From an uncultured Flavobacteriales bacterium (GTDB lineage: Bacteria; Bacteroidota; Bacteroidia; Flavobacteriales_D; JABDKJ01): a stretch of 46,641 nucleotides of DNA. Location of the stretch: contig CAYSDH010000009.1 of the NCBI GenBank assembly GCA_964429805.1, positions 16,607 through 63,247 of the forward strand, given 5' to 3'. This document shows, piece by piece, positions 37,367 to 46,641 of this stretch. Position numbers and translations under genes: made by a program. The notes below the pieces were generated by a model. The model had not been told where the DNA came from, made no database searches, and saw only the letters and a program-made list of their open reading frames with translations. Position 1 is the first letter of the stretch; every line of letters begins with the position of its first letter.

Positions 37367-39439
37367 ATGCGGGAAACAGATTTCATTGACCAGAATAAGA
37401 GCAAGTGGAAGGAACTCGAGCGAATGAATCGCGAGAAGGCCAAGGACCCTGCTAAGCTCTCCGAACTTTTTGTTGAAGTCACCAATGACCTCTCCTACTC
37501 TAAGTCCTACTACCCGAACAGGTCTATCAAAGTATATCTCAACAACTTGGCGCTCGCCATTCACTCGCGAGTGTATAAGAATAAGGCGGGCAGCCGAAAG
37601 AGATTCAGAGACTTTTGGACTACCCAGTTGCCAAGGGTCATGTACGAAACCCGTTGGAGCCTGTTCATCGCTTTTTTAGTTTTTGCTTTTTCTATGGCCA
37701 TTGGTGTGGTGAGTAGCATTTATGATCCGGGCTTTGCCCGACACATTCTTGGTGATGGATATATTGCCATGACCGAGGCTAACATTGATAACAACGACCC
37801 CATGGCCGTGTACAAAGACATGCGCCAGATGGACATGTTTGTCTTCATTGCCATCAATAACATTTGGGTGTCATTTTTGGTCTTCATACTTGGCGCCACA
37901 CTCTGTGTAGGCACCGTGATAGTACTTATCTCTAACGGAGTAATGGTCGGAGTATTCCAGTGGTTCTTTGTCGAGCGCGGACTGTTTCAAGAGTCCTTCT
38001 TAACCATTTGGATGCACGGCATGCCCGAGATCATGAGCATTGTACTTGCCGGAAGTGCCGGCATGGTGCTGGGCAGAGGCATCCTGTTTCCAGGCACATA
38101 TACTCGAAAGGAGAGTTTTCTAATCGCTGCGCGAAGAGGCATTATGATCATGCTCGGAATTACTCCTGTCTTTCTCTTTGCTGCATTTGTAGAAGGATTT
38201 GCCACTCGCTACACGGAGTTACCTGATGTGCTACGCGCAGCTATTATTTTACTTTCTGGTGCAGCCATGGTGTACTATTTTATCATTCTGCCGTACCGCA
38301 AGCATGGCCGAAATGGCTACTTGATGCGCAGAATATTCTTGGGCTTAGCTATCGGCTTGCCGCTCTCGCTCTTCTCCGTTTATCAGTTTGTAGACAGAAA
38401 AAATATGGCCATCGCCATGGTGCTCGCCATTTTTGGAAACTTCCTGATATCCATGATTGCTTATCTGACTTACAAAGACAGCTTTATTGAAGCAGAAGAG
38501 AAAGACAAAGTCAGCACCAGACTGAAAGTTCCAGAGTCGGCCAAGCACAAATACAGACTGCGCAGAGACAAGAAAAACCCGCAAATCTATACCGATATTT
38601 TTGCGCTTTACAGCAAAGAAGTGTTTGGACTAATGCCCAAATTCATTGGTCTTACAGTGAGTTATGTGCTCTGTGTGATGCTCTATGCGACAGATGCCTT
38701 TGACAACAACTTTTTCTTTCAGTTTGAAGAGTTTGACTGGCTCATGCCAGCCGTAGGTATGGCTATCATTAAAGTAGATGAGCTCTTTGACCATCAAGCC
38801 AGCTTCCATCTTTACGTACTCAACGTCATATTTTTTGGTAGCGCCTATCTCATCTGCACACGTGCATGGATTAACTTCTATCTCAAAGAAACTGGAAGAG
38901 AGGCCTGGTCCACCACACAGTTTGCCATGACAAACTGGCCATGGATACTGCTCATTTCCATCATCTGTCACCTTATCTTTTTCATCGAGGCGCCATTGAG
39001 TTTTTTAGTCATGGTCATTGTCATGCCTGTCATGCTTGCCTTGGCGGCAACTATGACACTCAGAAAAGCGCTATCTCTTAATATCAGTGAAATCTTAGGG
39101 ATGATCATCAACGGCTACGTGCGTTCCCTTGGTTTATTTGCCACCGTGTTTGTGACCGCGGTGCTGTTCATGCTGATCTTAAACTCTGGACTCATCGACC
39201 TGATTATAGACTCTACACTCTCTAACATACAGATGAGTGAAGAGACGTACCCGCTCGTGCTAAGAGTCATTCGCACGGCCACCACCTTTTTTGGACTATG
39301 CATGGTGCTGCCCTTATTCATGTTTGGCAGCGCATTTGGTTTTCTCTCTTTTCATGAGATGAACACCGCCACTGGATTGAAAAAAGACATTGACGAAATT
39401 TCTCCAAACAGAAGAGCGTATGGCTTGGTCAAAGAGTAA
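37367..39439 (+). CDS. SpoIIM (DUF95)-domain membrane protein with long multi-TM C-terminal extension
   Basis: MRETDFIDQNK..W, DLSYSKSYYP, LGDGYIAMTEANI...DPMAVY, NNIWVSF, IWMHG.PEI, AAFVEGF within the first ~310 aa; ~380 further aa with many hydrophobic helices. Confidence 0.85.
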   Translation: MRETDFIDQNKSKWKELERMNREKAKDPAKLSELFVEVTNDLSYSKSYYPNRSIKVYLNNLALAIHSRVYKNKAGSRKRFRDFWTTQLPRVMYETRWSLFIAFLVFAFSMAIGVVSSIYDPGFARHILGDGYIAMTEANIDNNDPMAVYKDMRQMDMFVFIAINNIWVSFLVFILGATLCVGTVIVLISNGVMVGVFQWFFVERGLFQESFLTIWMHGMPEIMSIVLAGSAGMVLGRGILFPGTYTRKESFLIAARRGIMIMLGITPVFLFAAFVEGFATRYTELPDVLRAAIILLSGAAMVYYFIILPYRKHGRNGYLMRRIFLGLAIGLPLSLFSVYQFVDRKNMAIAMVLAIFGNFLISMIAYLTYKDSFIEAEEKDKVSTRLKVPESAKHKYRLRRDKKNPQIYTDIFALYSKEVFGLMPKFIGLTVSYVLCVMLYATDAFDNNFFFQFEEFDWLMPAVGMAIIKVDELFDHQASFHLYVLNVIFFGSAYLICTRAWINFYLKETGREAWSTTQFAMTNWPWILLISIICHLIFFIEAPLSFLVMVIVMPVMLALAATMTLRKALSLNISEILGMIINGYVRSLGLFATVFVTAVLFMLILNSGLIDLIIDSTLSNIQMSEETYPLVLRVIRTATTFFGLCMVLPLFMFGSAFGFLSFHEMNTATGLKKDIDEISPNRRAYGLVKE

Positions 39440-40235
39440 GCCTCTGCCACATATCTTGGCTTTAGTGCTGCTTTGTCTTTGTTCACTCGGAGCGCACGCT
39501 CAACTAGAAATTAACGATGAGCCCTATTATGAGATAGAAGAAATTGAGGTCAGTGATGAAGACTACTTTGAAGAGAAAAACGCCACGAGTCCTGCAACTT
39601 TAGACTCAGAGGCTGACAGACTCTACCGCAACGAAAGTGTCACTGCGCCACACAGCAACCCCGATGTGTGGGATGAGGTGGTAGATGGAGCCGAATTCAA
39701 CGAAAAAGATGCACCAAAAGAAGAGAAGGCTCCGACACAGATTGACCTTCCATCAAGCAGTTCAAACTTTGGTGGGCTATTCCAGATTATAGTGATTTTG
39801 GCCATTGCCGCCATCCTGGTTTTAATCATTGTGAAACTGAGTCAAGGAGATGTCACCGTCAATAGAAAGGTGGTTAATCTTGACATGGAGCAAATTGATG
39901 CTGCCGAGCAAAACATTAGAGAAAGTGATCTTGAGCGACTCTTGAGATTAGCCTTAGAAGCCCAAGACTATCGTATGGCGCTGCGCGTGAGGTATCTGAT
40001 GATACTCAAAGAACTAGACAGTAAAGGTTGGATTACCCACAGTCCTGAGAAAACCAATCTCAACTATCTGATGGAATTGTCAAATAGACCTGAAAGCACA
40101 CGCTTCTCTGATCTTACTCAAATCTTTGAGTACGTGTGGTATGCTGAAATAACTATTCCTGCCAAAGATGACGCACTCTTTGCTCGAGAGTTTGGCGGTT
40201 TTCTAACTGAATTAACCAGCACTGATGAAAACTAA
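39420..40235 (+). CDS. DUF4129-like membrane protein
   Basis: ATG 39420 gives a signal peptide; acidic linker; one TM; DYRMALRVRYL..LKEL, KTNLNYLMEL, FEYVWY. Confidence 0.78.
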   Translation: MAWSKSKPLPHILALVLLCLCSLGAHAQLEINDEPYYEIEEIEVSDEDYFEEKNATSPATLDSEADRLYRNESVTAPHSNPDVWDEVVDGAEFNEKDAPKEEKAPTQIDLPSSSSNFGGLFQIIVILAIAAILVLIIVKLSQGDVTVNRKVVNLDMEQIDAAEQNIRESDLERLLRLALEAQDYRMALRVRYLMILKELDSKGWITHSPEKTNLNYLMELSNRPESTRFSDLTQIFEYVWYAEITIPAKDDALFAREFGGFLTELTSTDEN

Positions 40236-41517
40236 TCAGGCTACCGGCATAGTGATTTTGATGGTGGTGCTCATAGTCGGGCTCATATACATGCTCCACG
40301 AGCCGAGCTATAATTGGTACAGTCACGATTATATGGAAGAGGGCGACTCTAGTATTGAGCCTTATGGTAATCAACTCTTTTATGAGTACCTAAAAACTCA
40401 GCGCCCTGAAGACCAGTTTCATCAACTAGACTCAGCCATACACATTGACTTACAGCCGTTTGTAGATAGCGCAGTGACCGACTACAACTACGTTATAATG
40501 GGCCGATTTCCGGCCAAGCCAGACTCTGCTGACATGGAGTCCTTTTTTAATTTCGTAGCTCAGGGCAACAGTGTTTTCATCTACTCCGAAGACCCCAAAG
40601 AATGGCTCATGGACGAGCTGCACTCATCAGAATGTCTCCTTTATTGGCCAGACTATTCTTACGGATATTCCAATCCTAATTACATTAATGACAGTGTGGT
40701 ACAAGTCAACTTTACCCACCCAGAATTGAGCGTAGATAGCGGATACAGATTCGCTCATCGTGTGGAGTCTCACTTAGAGAAGCATCAGTGGATGCATGCT
40801 AACCCAGACATGTTTTGTGAAGACAACCTGTCATTTGCCTCACTCGGCACACTAAATGATCAAGTCAACTTTGTTCGTGTGCTTTATGGAGAAGGTGCCG
40901 TGCACATTCACTTCACACCAAAGCTCTTCTCAAATTATTATTTGACCAAACAAGTAGGCAGAGATTATGTTGATGCCTCTTTGGCTCATCTATCAGAGGG
41001 TGACATTATCTACGATATGAAAAGCTGGTCTGGCAATCCTTTTTGGCAAGGAGAGAATAGTCATGAGCAAAGTCAAGGCCCCTTGCGCTTCATACTTTCT
41101 CAAGAGAGTTTGAGGTGGGGTCTGTACACCCTCTTTGGCATAGCTGGCCTGCTTGTAGTCTTCGCATTTACGCGCAAGCAGCGGGTGATTCCTGTGATTC
41201 ATCCCAAAGAGAATTCGAGTATGGAGTATGTTGAGACCATCACAGAGCTCTACTTTCAGCATGGTGGTCAAGGCCGCGTGCACAAGCATCTGACTGACCA
41301 GTTTAGGTTGTTTTTAAGAGAACGATATCGTCTAACCAGCAGCGAAACCGATGAAGACTACACGTCCCAAATCGCACAAGTATCTGGTGTGCATGAAGAC
41401 CACATTAACGATATCATACGCACCATGAATAAGGGCAGCGTGAATTACAATGTGACAAGCGATTTGCTGATAGAGTATTACAAATTATTGAACCACTTTT
41501 ACGAACACTGTAAATGA
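40225..41517 (+). CDS. DUF4350-like membrane-anchored periplasmic-domain protein
   Basis: N-terminal TM, PYG...YEYL, FVAQGNSVFI, GEGAV..H..P.LFSNY, C-terminal TM then RKQRVIP...NSSMEYVETI..LY; position in the MoxR cluster. Confidence 0.72.
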   Translation: MKTNQATGIVILMVVLIVGLIYMLHEPSYNWYSHDYMEEGDSSIEPYGNQLFYEYLKTQRPEDQFHQLDSAIHIDLQPFVDSAVTDYNYVIMGRFPAKPDSADMESFFNFVAQGNSVFIYSEDPKEWLMDELHSSECLLYWPDYSYGYSNPNYINDSVVQVNFTHPELSVDSGYRFAHRVESHLEKHQWMHANPDMFCEDNLSFASLGTLNDQVNFVRVLYGEGAVHIHFTPKLFSNYYLTKQVGRDYVDASLAHLSEGDIIYDMKSWSGNPFWQGENSHEQSQGPLRFILSQESLRWGLYTLFGIAGLLVVFAFTRKQRVIPVIHPKENSSMEYVETITELYFQHGGQGRVHKHLTDQFRLFLRERYRLTSSETDEDYTSQIAQVSGVHEDHINDIIRTMNKGSVNYNVTSDLLIEYYKLLNHFYEHCK

Positions 41518-42644
41518 CTATGGAAGACAACAACACAAACCAAAGCCCGGATAATCAGCCTGAAAAGCGGCCAGCAGAAAACCCTGCCTCGCAGTCCATA
41601 CCACCAGTGCCAAAACCCTCAGCACCGTCAGCGCCTTCTGCTCCAGCATTTGGCGAGCAGTCTAGCATAGACCGCTATCGCTCTGCGCATGATAGTGATG
41701 TGATGGCTATCGGTATGGCCATGGCCAAGATTAAGAATGAAGTGGGCAAAGTAGTTATCGGCATGGATGACCTGACTGAGATGCTCATGGTCGCCCTTTT
41801 CTCAGGAGGAAATGTGCTCTTAGAAGGAGTGCCCGGCATAGCCAAAACACTATCGGCACGGATGCTATCAAAGAGTATCAATACTGAGTTTTCACGTATT
41901 CAGTTTACGCCCGACCTCATGCCGACTGACATACTCGGTACCACCATTTTTAATATGAAGACCAGCGAGTTTGAGTTTAAAAAGGGACCCATTTTCTCTA
42001 ACATTATTCTGATTGATGAGGTCAACCGTGCACCAGCCAAAACGCAGGCAGCCTTGATGGAGGTGATGGAAGAAAAACAGGTGACCGTAGAGGGAGAATC
42101 GCATAAGATGGGCTTCCCGTTTTTCATCATTGCTACTCAAAATCCAGTAGAACAAGAAGGTACATACAAGCTGCCAGAGGCACAGATGGACCGCTTCCTG
42201 TTTAGACTAACCTTAGACTATCCAGACTTAAATGATGAGCGACTAATTCTGCACCGTTTTAAAAGCGACTTCAATTCTAGCGTGCAGAATAGTGTGACTC
42301 CAGTTATTGATGCCACCGAAATTGCCAAGTGCATGAAGGTGGTTGAAGGCATTCATGTCAACGATGGCTTGCTCGACTACATCGCCAATATAGTTGTAGC
42401 TACGCGAAATAATGGTGACCTGTATCTAGGCGCATCGCCACGTGCATCACTAGCCATACTCAAGGCTGCCAAGGCACTAGCGGTAATTAGAGGTAAGAGT
42501 TTTGTGACTCCTGATCATGTGAAGGCAGTGACTTATCCAGTGCTCAATCACAGAATTATTTTGTCACACGAGCGTGAGCTTGAAGGAGGCTCAGTGCGTG
42601 ATGTCATCAATAGCATTGTGGAGAGTATTGAAATACCACGCTAA
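41514..42644 (+). CDS. MoxR-family AAA+ ATPase
   Basis: LLEGVPGIAKT, RIQFTPDLMPTD, IDEVNRAPAKTQAALMEVM, ATQNPVEQEGTYKLPEAQMDRF, GASPRAS; Pro-rich N-terminal extension. Confidence 0.95.
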   Translation: MTMEDNNTNQSPDNQPEKRPAENPASQSIPPVPKPSAPSAPSAPAFGEQSSIDRYRSAHDSDVMAIGMAMAKIKNEVGKVVIGMDDLTEMLMVALFSGGNVLLEGVPGIAKTLSARMLSKSINTEFSRIQFTPDLMPTDILGTTIFNMKTSEFEFKKGPIFSNIILIDEVNRAPAKTQAALMEVMEEKQVTVEGESHKMGFPFFIIATQNPVEQEGTYKLPEAQMDRFLFRLTLDYPDLNDERLILHRFKSDFNSSVQNSVTPVIDATEIAKCMKVVEGIHVNDGLLDYIANIVVATRNNGDLYLGASPRASLAILKAAKALAVIRGKSFVTPDHVKAVTYPVLNHRIILSHERELEGGSVRDVINSIVESIEIPR

Positions 42645-42668
42645 AAGGCAAAATTCTAAGCAAGCACA

Positions 42669-44027
42669 GTGCTAAAATTAATCCTCAATCGATATTTGGA
42701 TAACCTGAGAGGAATCCTGCTCGGAAAGCGACTCCTCTTCGCATTAGCTGGCGTAGCCCTGCTTTTTGTGTCGAGTTTTGCTTTTCCGAAGCTCTTCCCT
42801 TTCGCACAGTCCATGTTGGTGATAGTGATTGCACTTGCCGTGGCCGATTTGTTTATGCTCCATAACAAAGGAATAAAACTACATGGCCAAAGAACCACCA
42901 CTCCTGTGCTCTCTCTGGGCGATGAGAATAAAGTCGTCATCTCGCTTAAGAATCAATCGCCTATACTCCTCAAGGCTGAGCTGATTGACGAACTACCTGT
43001 ACAGTTACAAATCAGAAATTTTTCTGAAGAATTAGAGATAAAAGGCTCAAGGGTAAAGGAGATTGCATACACCATCAGACCGCTTGAGCGAGGAGTATAT
43101 CAGTTTGGCGATATGCGCGTCATTACCCGCACTTTGCTCGACCTCTTTGCGCGCAGAATTACAATACCTGCATCAGAAAAAATAGAGGTCTATCCGAGTA
43201 TCATTCAGATGAAGGAGCTGGAGATAAAAGCCTTTTCGAGAATCGCACTAGACCAAGGCATCAAAAAACTCAGGCGCAGAGGGGTGAGTTATGAGTTTGA
43301 GCAGATCTCACCTTATGTAAAAGGTGATGACATCAGACACATCAACTGGAAGGCCACCGCGCGAACCAACGATTTGATGGTAAACAGGTTTGAAACAGAG
43401 CGCTCTCAGTCCATATACACAGTCATCTGCAAGACAAGAGAAATGCGCATGCCATTTAACGGACTGAGCCTGATGGATTACGCGGTCAATACGTCATTGG
43501 CGCTCAGCAACATCGCTTTGCTTAAGTATGACAAAATGGGCTTGATTACTTTCTCCGATAAAATAGGCAGCACCATCAAAGCAGAACGAAAGGCTGGTCA
43601 GTTGAAGTACATCATGAACGCGCTGTACAACGAGCAGGAGCGTGAGACTGAGGCCAACTACGACCTCTTTAACCGCAGTCTTCAGCAGATAGCGCGAAAT
43701 AGGAGTTTGCTCTTTTTATTTACCAATTTTGAGAGTGAATACGCGGCAGAACGCGCACTACCTCATCTGCGTATGATTGCCCGAAAACACCTCTTAGTCA
43801 CCATTTTCTTCAAGAACACAGAAATTGAAAAGTTTGCAGATGGGCGAGCCGAAGACCTCAGGGGAATCTACACCCGCACCATCGCAAGGAAGATGATCAA
43901 TGAAAAAAGAGCCATTGTCAAAAAACTTCAACGAAGCAATATTCAGTGCATACTCACAGAGCCAGAAAAACTGTCTATGGACACTGTCAATAAGTATCTT
44001 GAATTGAAGTCAAGAGGTATGATCTGA
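42669..44027 (+). CDS. DUF58 domain protein (vWA-like MoxR partner)
   Basis: EFEQISPYVKGDDIRHINWKATAR...LMVNRFETERSQ, RSLLFLFTNFE, YLELKSRGMI. Confidence 0.9.
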   Translation: MLKLILNRYLDNLRGILLGKRLLFALAGVALLFVSSFAFPKLFPFAQSMLVIVIALAVADLFMLHNKGIKLHGQRTTTPVLSLGDENKVVISLKNQSPILLKAELIDELPVQLQIRNFSEELEIKGSRVKEIAYTIRPLERGVYQFGDMRVITRTLLDLFARRITIPASEKIEVYPSIIQMKELEIKAFSRIALDQGIKKLRRRGVSYEFEQISPYVKGDDIRHINWKATARTNDLMVNRFETERSQSIYTVICKTREMRMPFNGLSLMDYAVNTSLALSNIALLKYDKMGLITFSDKIGSTIKAERKAGQLKYIMNALYNEQERETEANYDLFNRSLQQIARNRSLLFLFTNFESEYAAERALPHLRMIARKHLLVTIFFKNTEIEKFADGRAEDLRGIYTRTIARKMINEKRAIVKKLQRSNIQCILTEPEKLSMDTVNKYLELKSRGMI

Positions 44028-44134
44028 TCCGCCATATTTCTGAGCCAAAGTGACTTCTACGGCCCAATAAAAAAGGCCAGCCAATAGATTGACCCACGCA
44101 ACTATCCTCCCTAACTTTACGTATACCAGTATTT

Positions 44135-44142
44135 TACATTTG
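44135..44142 (+). promoter_or_regulatory. -7 element (TACATTTG) for the CotH-domain gene
   Basis: Exact TAnnTTTG match 17 nt upstream of the TTG start. Confidence 0.5.
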
Positions 44143-44159
44143 GTCAAAGTAGGATTATC

Positions 44160-46641
44160 TTGAAAAGACTCTTATTTATCGTTGCCATTTTCGCCCAAGG
44201 TCTGGTCTTTGGGCAGACTGCTTGTGTGCAGATTTCTTCGGGCGCTGATGATGTAGAAGAGCAGTCGGACGGAGTGCAATACATAGACAGTTCCGACCTT
44301 GAGTTTGTCCTTGATGCTAGTCGAGGTGATCAGATAGTAGGTCTGAGATTTAACAGTGTCAATGTACCTCATGGTGCAACTATTCAAGAAGCATACATTC
44401 AGTTTACAGCTGACGAAGTAGATGATGTCGCCACCACCGTGGTTTTTCAAATGGAAGACAGTGATGATGCGGCCGCTTTTTTACTTAGCGATTTTAACAT
44501 CACATCTAGAAATTACTTGTCGCAGAGCGTAACGTGGACGCCACCTGCGTGGCTCAGCATTGGAGACCAAGGCCCTGATCAACGTTCGCCAGACCTCAGC
44601 GCATTAGTCCAACAGATAGTAGACCGACCTAACTTTGCCATTGGCAACTCGATGGTCTTTAAAACCACTGGTCAAGGTCAGCGCGTGGCTGAGTCTTATG
44701 ACGGTTCGTCAGCTCAAGCTCCAGAGTTGTGCATCATCTTCGCCAGTTGTGGCACCCCAGGCACACCCTGCAATGACGGACTAGCATGCACCCAAAACGA
44801 AATGTGGGACGACAATTGCAACTGTGTAGACTACAATGACTCTGATCAAGATGGTGTGTGCGATGAGCTTGATGAATGTCCCAACATGGATGATGCACTC
44901 ATTGGCACTGCCTGTGATGACGGAGACCCCTGCACTACGAATGACATCTGGACCTCCACCTGCGACTGCGAAGGACAATTCCTAGCCGATGCCGATGGAG
45001 ACGGTATCTGCGATAATTTTGACATCTGTCCAGATTTTGACGATGACCTAGATATTGATGATGATGGTATACCGTACTGCACAGACAGCTGCGTTGACGT
45101 CAATGAAAACGGCATTTGTGATGACGCTGACAACGCTTTGTTCTCAGATGAGCCTGAGGTGTTTTTCAGCCACCAGCGCGGATTTTATTCCAACTCGTTT
45201 TCACTGAGCCTGCTCAGTAATCTGCCAAATGCCACTATTCGCTATACCACTGATGGGTCCGCGCCTAGCGACAATAGTGGCCAGCTTTACGCTAGCCCTC
45301 TAACCATTAGTAACAGCACTGTGGTCAAAGCAATTGCAGTTTCTGGAGCCAATGTTTCAGAATTAGAGACGCGCAGTTTCCTATTTGTCGATCAAGTGGC
45401 CAACCAAAACGACCCTCAAAATGATTTTCCTGTTTCAGTCAACTTAAGCAGTTCATTAACGCAGAATGCCACCTACAGCCAACAATTTAGCGATGCCCTG
45501 CTGAGTATACCGTCCATGAGTCTGAGCTTAGATATCAATGACTATCAGACCATCTATCAAACTAAAGGCTTGGAGCACGCGGCTAACATTGAGTTTATGG
45601 ACCCCAACACGGGCGAGTCATACTCAAGTCTCACGGGAGTGAATACGTATGGCAACACCTCGTTTTCGGCTGCCAATGCCAATAAGAAAAACTACCGACT
45701 GAAGTTCAAAGAGATTTATGGTGCGTCAAAGTTCGACCATCCGATTTTGGGTAACGATGCGGCACAAGAGTTTGATGTGCTTGATTTGCGCGCAGGTAGT
45801 CAGGCGACCATAGACCGCGGAGGTGTGCAGAATATGCACGAGCAGTTTCTGAAAAGTCTGCAGATAAAAATGAGTGGCGAGGGAGTGCATGGTCGCTTCG
45901 TCCACCTCTATATAAACAGTATGTATTGGGGAGTATACTCGCTCAGTGAAAGGCCTAACAAGTCCTTTGGCGAATCGTACTTCGGAGGCGACAAGGATGA
46001 CTACAACACCATGAAGGCCACCTGCTGCAATAGCACTGCCCTGGCCATAGACGGCACAGACGACTCGTATGATGTCATGACTGCTCAGACCAGCAACTAC
46101 TCTACTGTGCACAACTACTTAGACGTAGATCAGTTTATAGACTATGTGCTCTTGTGCAACTACGGTCCACATGGCGATTGGCGCACTTGGAACACTTACG
46201 CCCTCGACAATCCGAGCAACAATGTGCCCTACAAGTTTTTTATGTGGGACCCCGAGCCCTCCTTAAAAAATGACTGGTACTACACCAACCTATTGGTTGA
46301 TACGCGAGACCATGAGGCTATTTGGCAACCGCTAAAAGCCAACATCGATTTCAGAATGAAAGTGGCAGACGGCATGGAGTGCAACTGTGTGCATGAAGAT
46401 GGAGTGCTCTACTCTACCAATATTGAAGCCGACTATATTGAGATGTTTGATGCGCATAAGACAGCCTACATGATGGAGTGCGCGCGCTGGGCCAATCTCA
46501 ATTTGTATAACACCTTCTTAAATTATCGTCAAGACATCGTGAACACAAATTGGTTTGCTAGCCGATCTGCTCTGTTGAAGTCGGCTTATCAAGATGATGA
46601 CCTTTATCCTGATTTAGATGCCGTGGTGTATAGTATCTATG
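44160..46641 (+). CDS. Large secreted CotH-kinase-family protein (3'-truncated; missing from the ORF track)
   Basis: Manual translation from TTG 44160: MKRLLFIVAIFAQGLVFGQ signal; DDVEE..SSDLEF..GLRF..VPHGATIQEAYIQFT module; CDDGDPCT/DxDxDGxCD repeats; FSHQRGFY..IRYTTDGSAP; KKNYRLKF, HGRFVHLYIN..YWGVYSLSER, FIDY..GDW, WDPE, ECARW. No stop before the window end. Confidence 0.85.
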   Translation, partial: MKRLLFIVAIFAQGLVFGQTACVQISSGADDVEEQSDGVQYIDSSDLEFVLDASRGDQIVGLRFNSVNVPHGATIQEAYIQFTADEVDDVATTVVFQMEDSDDAAAFLLSDFNITSRNYLSQSVTWTPPAWLSIGDQGPDQRSPDLSALVQQIVDRPNFAIGNSMVFKTTGQGQRVAESYDGSSAQAPELCIIFASCGTPGTPCNDGLACTQNEMWDDNCNCVDYNDSDQDGVCDELDECPNMDDALIGTACDDGDPCTTNDIWTSTCDCEGQFLADADGDGICDNFDICPDFDDDLDIDDDGIPYCTDSCVDVNENGICDDADNALFSDEPEVFFSHQRGFYSNSFSLSLLSNLPNATIRYTTDGSAPSDNSGQLYASPLTISNSTVVKAIAVSGANVSELETRSFLFVDQVANQNDPQNDFPVSVNLSSSLTQNATYSQQFSDALLSIPSMSLSLDINDYQTIYQTKGLEHAANIEFMDPNTGESYSSLTGVNTYGNTSFSAANANKKNYRLKFKEIYGASKFDHPILGNDAAQEFDVLDLRAGSQATIDRGGVQNMHEQFLKSLQIKMSGEGVHGRFVHLYINSMYWGVYSLSERPNKSFGESYFGGDKDDYNTMKATCCNSTALAIDGTDDSYDVMTAQTSNYSTVHNYLDVDQFIDYVLLCNYGPHGDWRTWNTYALDNPSNNVPYKFFMWDPEPSLKNDWYYTNLLVDTRDHEAIWQPLKANIDFRMKVADGMECNCVHEDGVLYSTNIEADYIEMFDAHKTAYMMECARWANLNLYNTFLNYRQDIVNTNWFASRSALLKSAYQDDDLYPDLDAVVYSIY

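Noticed and set aside
37280-37564. N-terminal extension of the RDD ORF in the track
   Set aside because: It overlaps the divergent SpoIIM gene; ATG 37279 gives the typical family N-terminus.
44172-46112. Minus-strand ORFs listed at the right end
   Set aside because: Antisense to the long CotH-domain ORF, which has clear motifs.
37367-46641. Sporulation locus (SpoIIM plus CotH names)
   Set aside because: Both are widespread domain families; the organism appears to be Bacteroidota and no other sporulation genes are present.
1-46641. Prophage, IS, integron, tRNA/rRNA or anti-phage defence genes
   Set aside because: No integrase, transposase, structural phage, nuclease/RT/cyclase or structural RNA signature recognised by eye.

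Overview
Chromosomal window from a Bacteroidota bacterium, most likely a marine or aquatic Flavobacteriales. This is inferred from TAnnTTTG-type promoters, A-rich leaders without Shine-Dalgarno sites, several type IX secretion (T9SS) C-terminal domains and yicC-gmk-nadD synteny. About 40 CDSs are supported. Housekeeping genes: S41 protease (partial), sodA, yicC, gmk, nadD, mgtE, ssb, manC, mlaE/mlaF, gcvP, proC, fumC, arsC-family, prfB and recX. Secreted or surface proteins: four with T9SS CTDs, one with a dockerin-like tail, a 1110-aa MORN-repeat protein, and a >827-codon CotH-kinase protein at the right edge that the ORF track misses. There is also a tandem DUF805 pair and an uncharacterised RDD / SpoIIM / DUF4129 / DUF4350 / MoxR / DUF58 cluster. 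I see no rRNA, tRNA, CRISPR array, transposase, integrase or prophage gene. The most notable signals are a prfB that has lost its +1 frameshift cassette and looks leaderless, a 10-bp-phased repeat array upstream of a tailless ssb, a SpoIIM fusion in the MoxR cluster, a Cys-bounded repeat module in twin GEVED-like proteins, an unassigned Cys-containing N-terminal domain on a T9SS cargo protein, and a REP-like palindrome. All family calls come from motif recognition by eye; no database searches were run.
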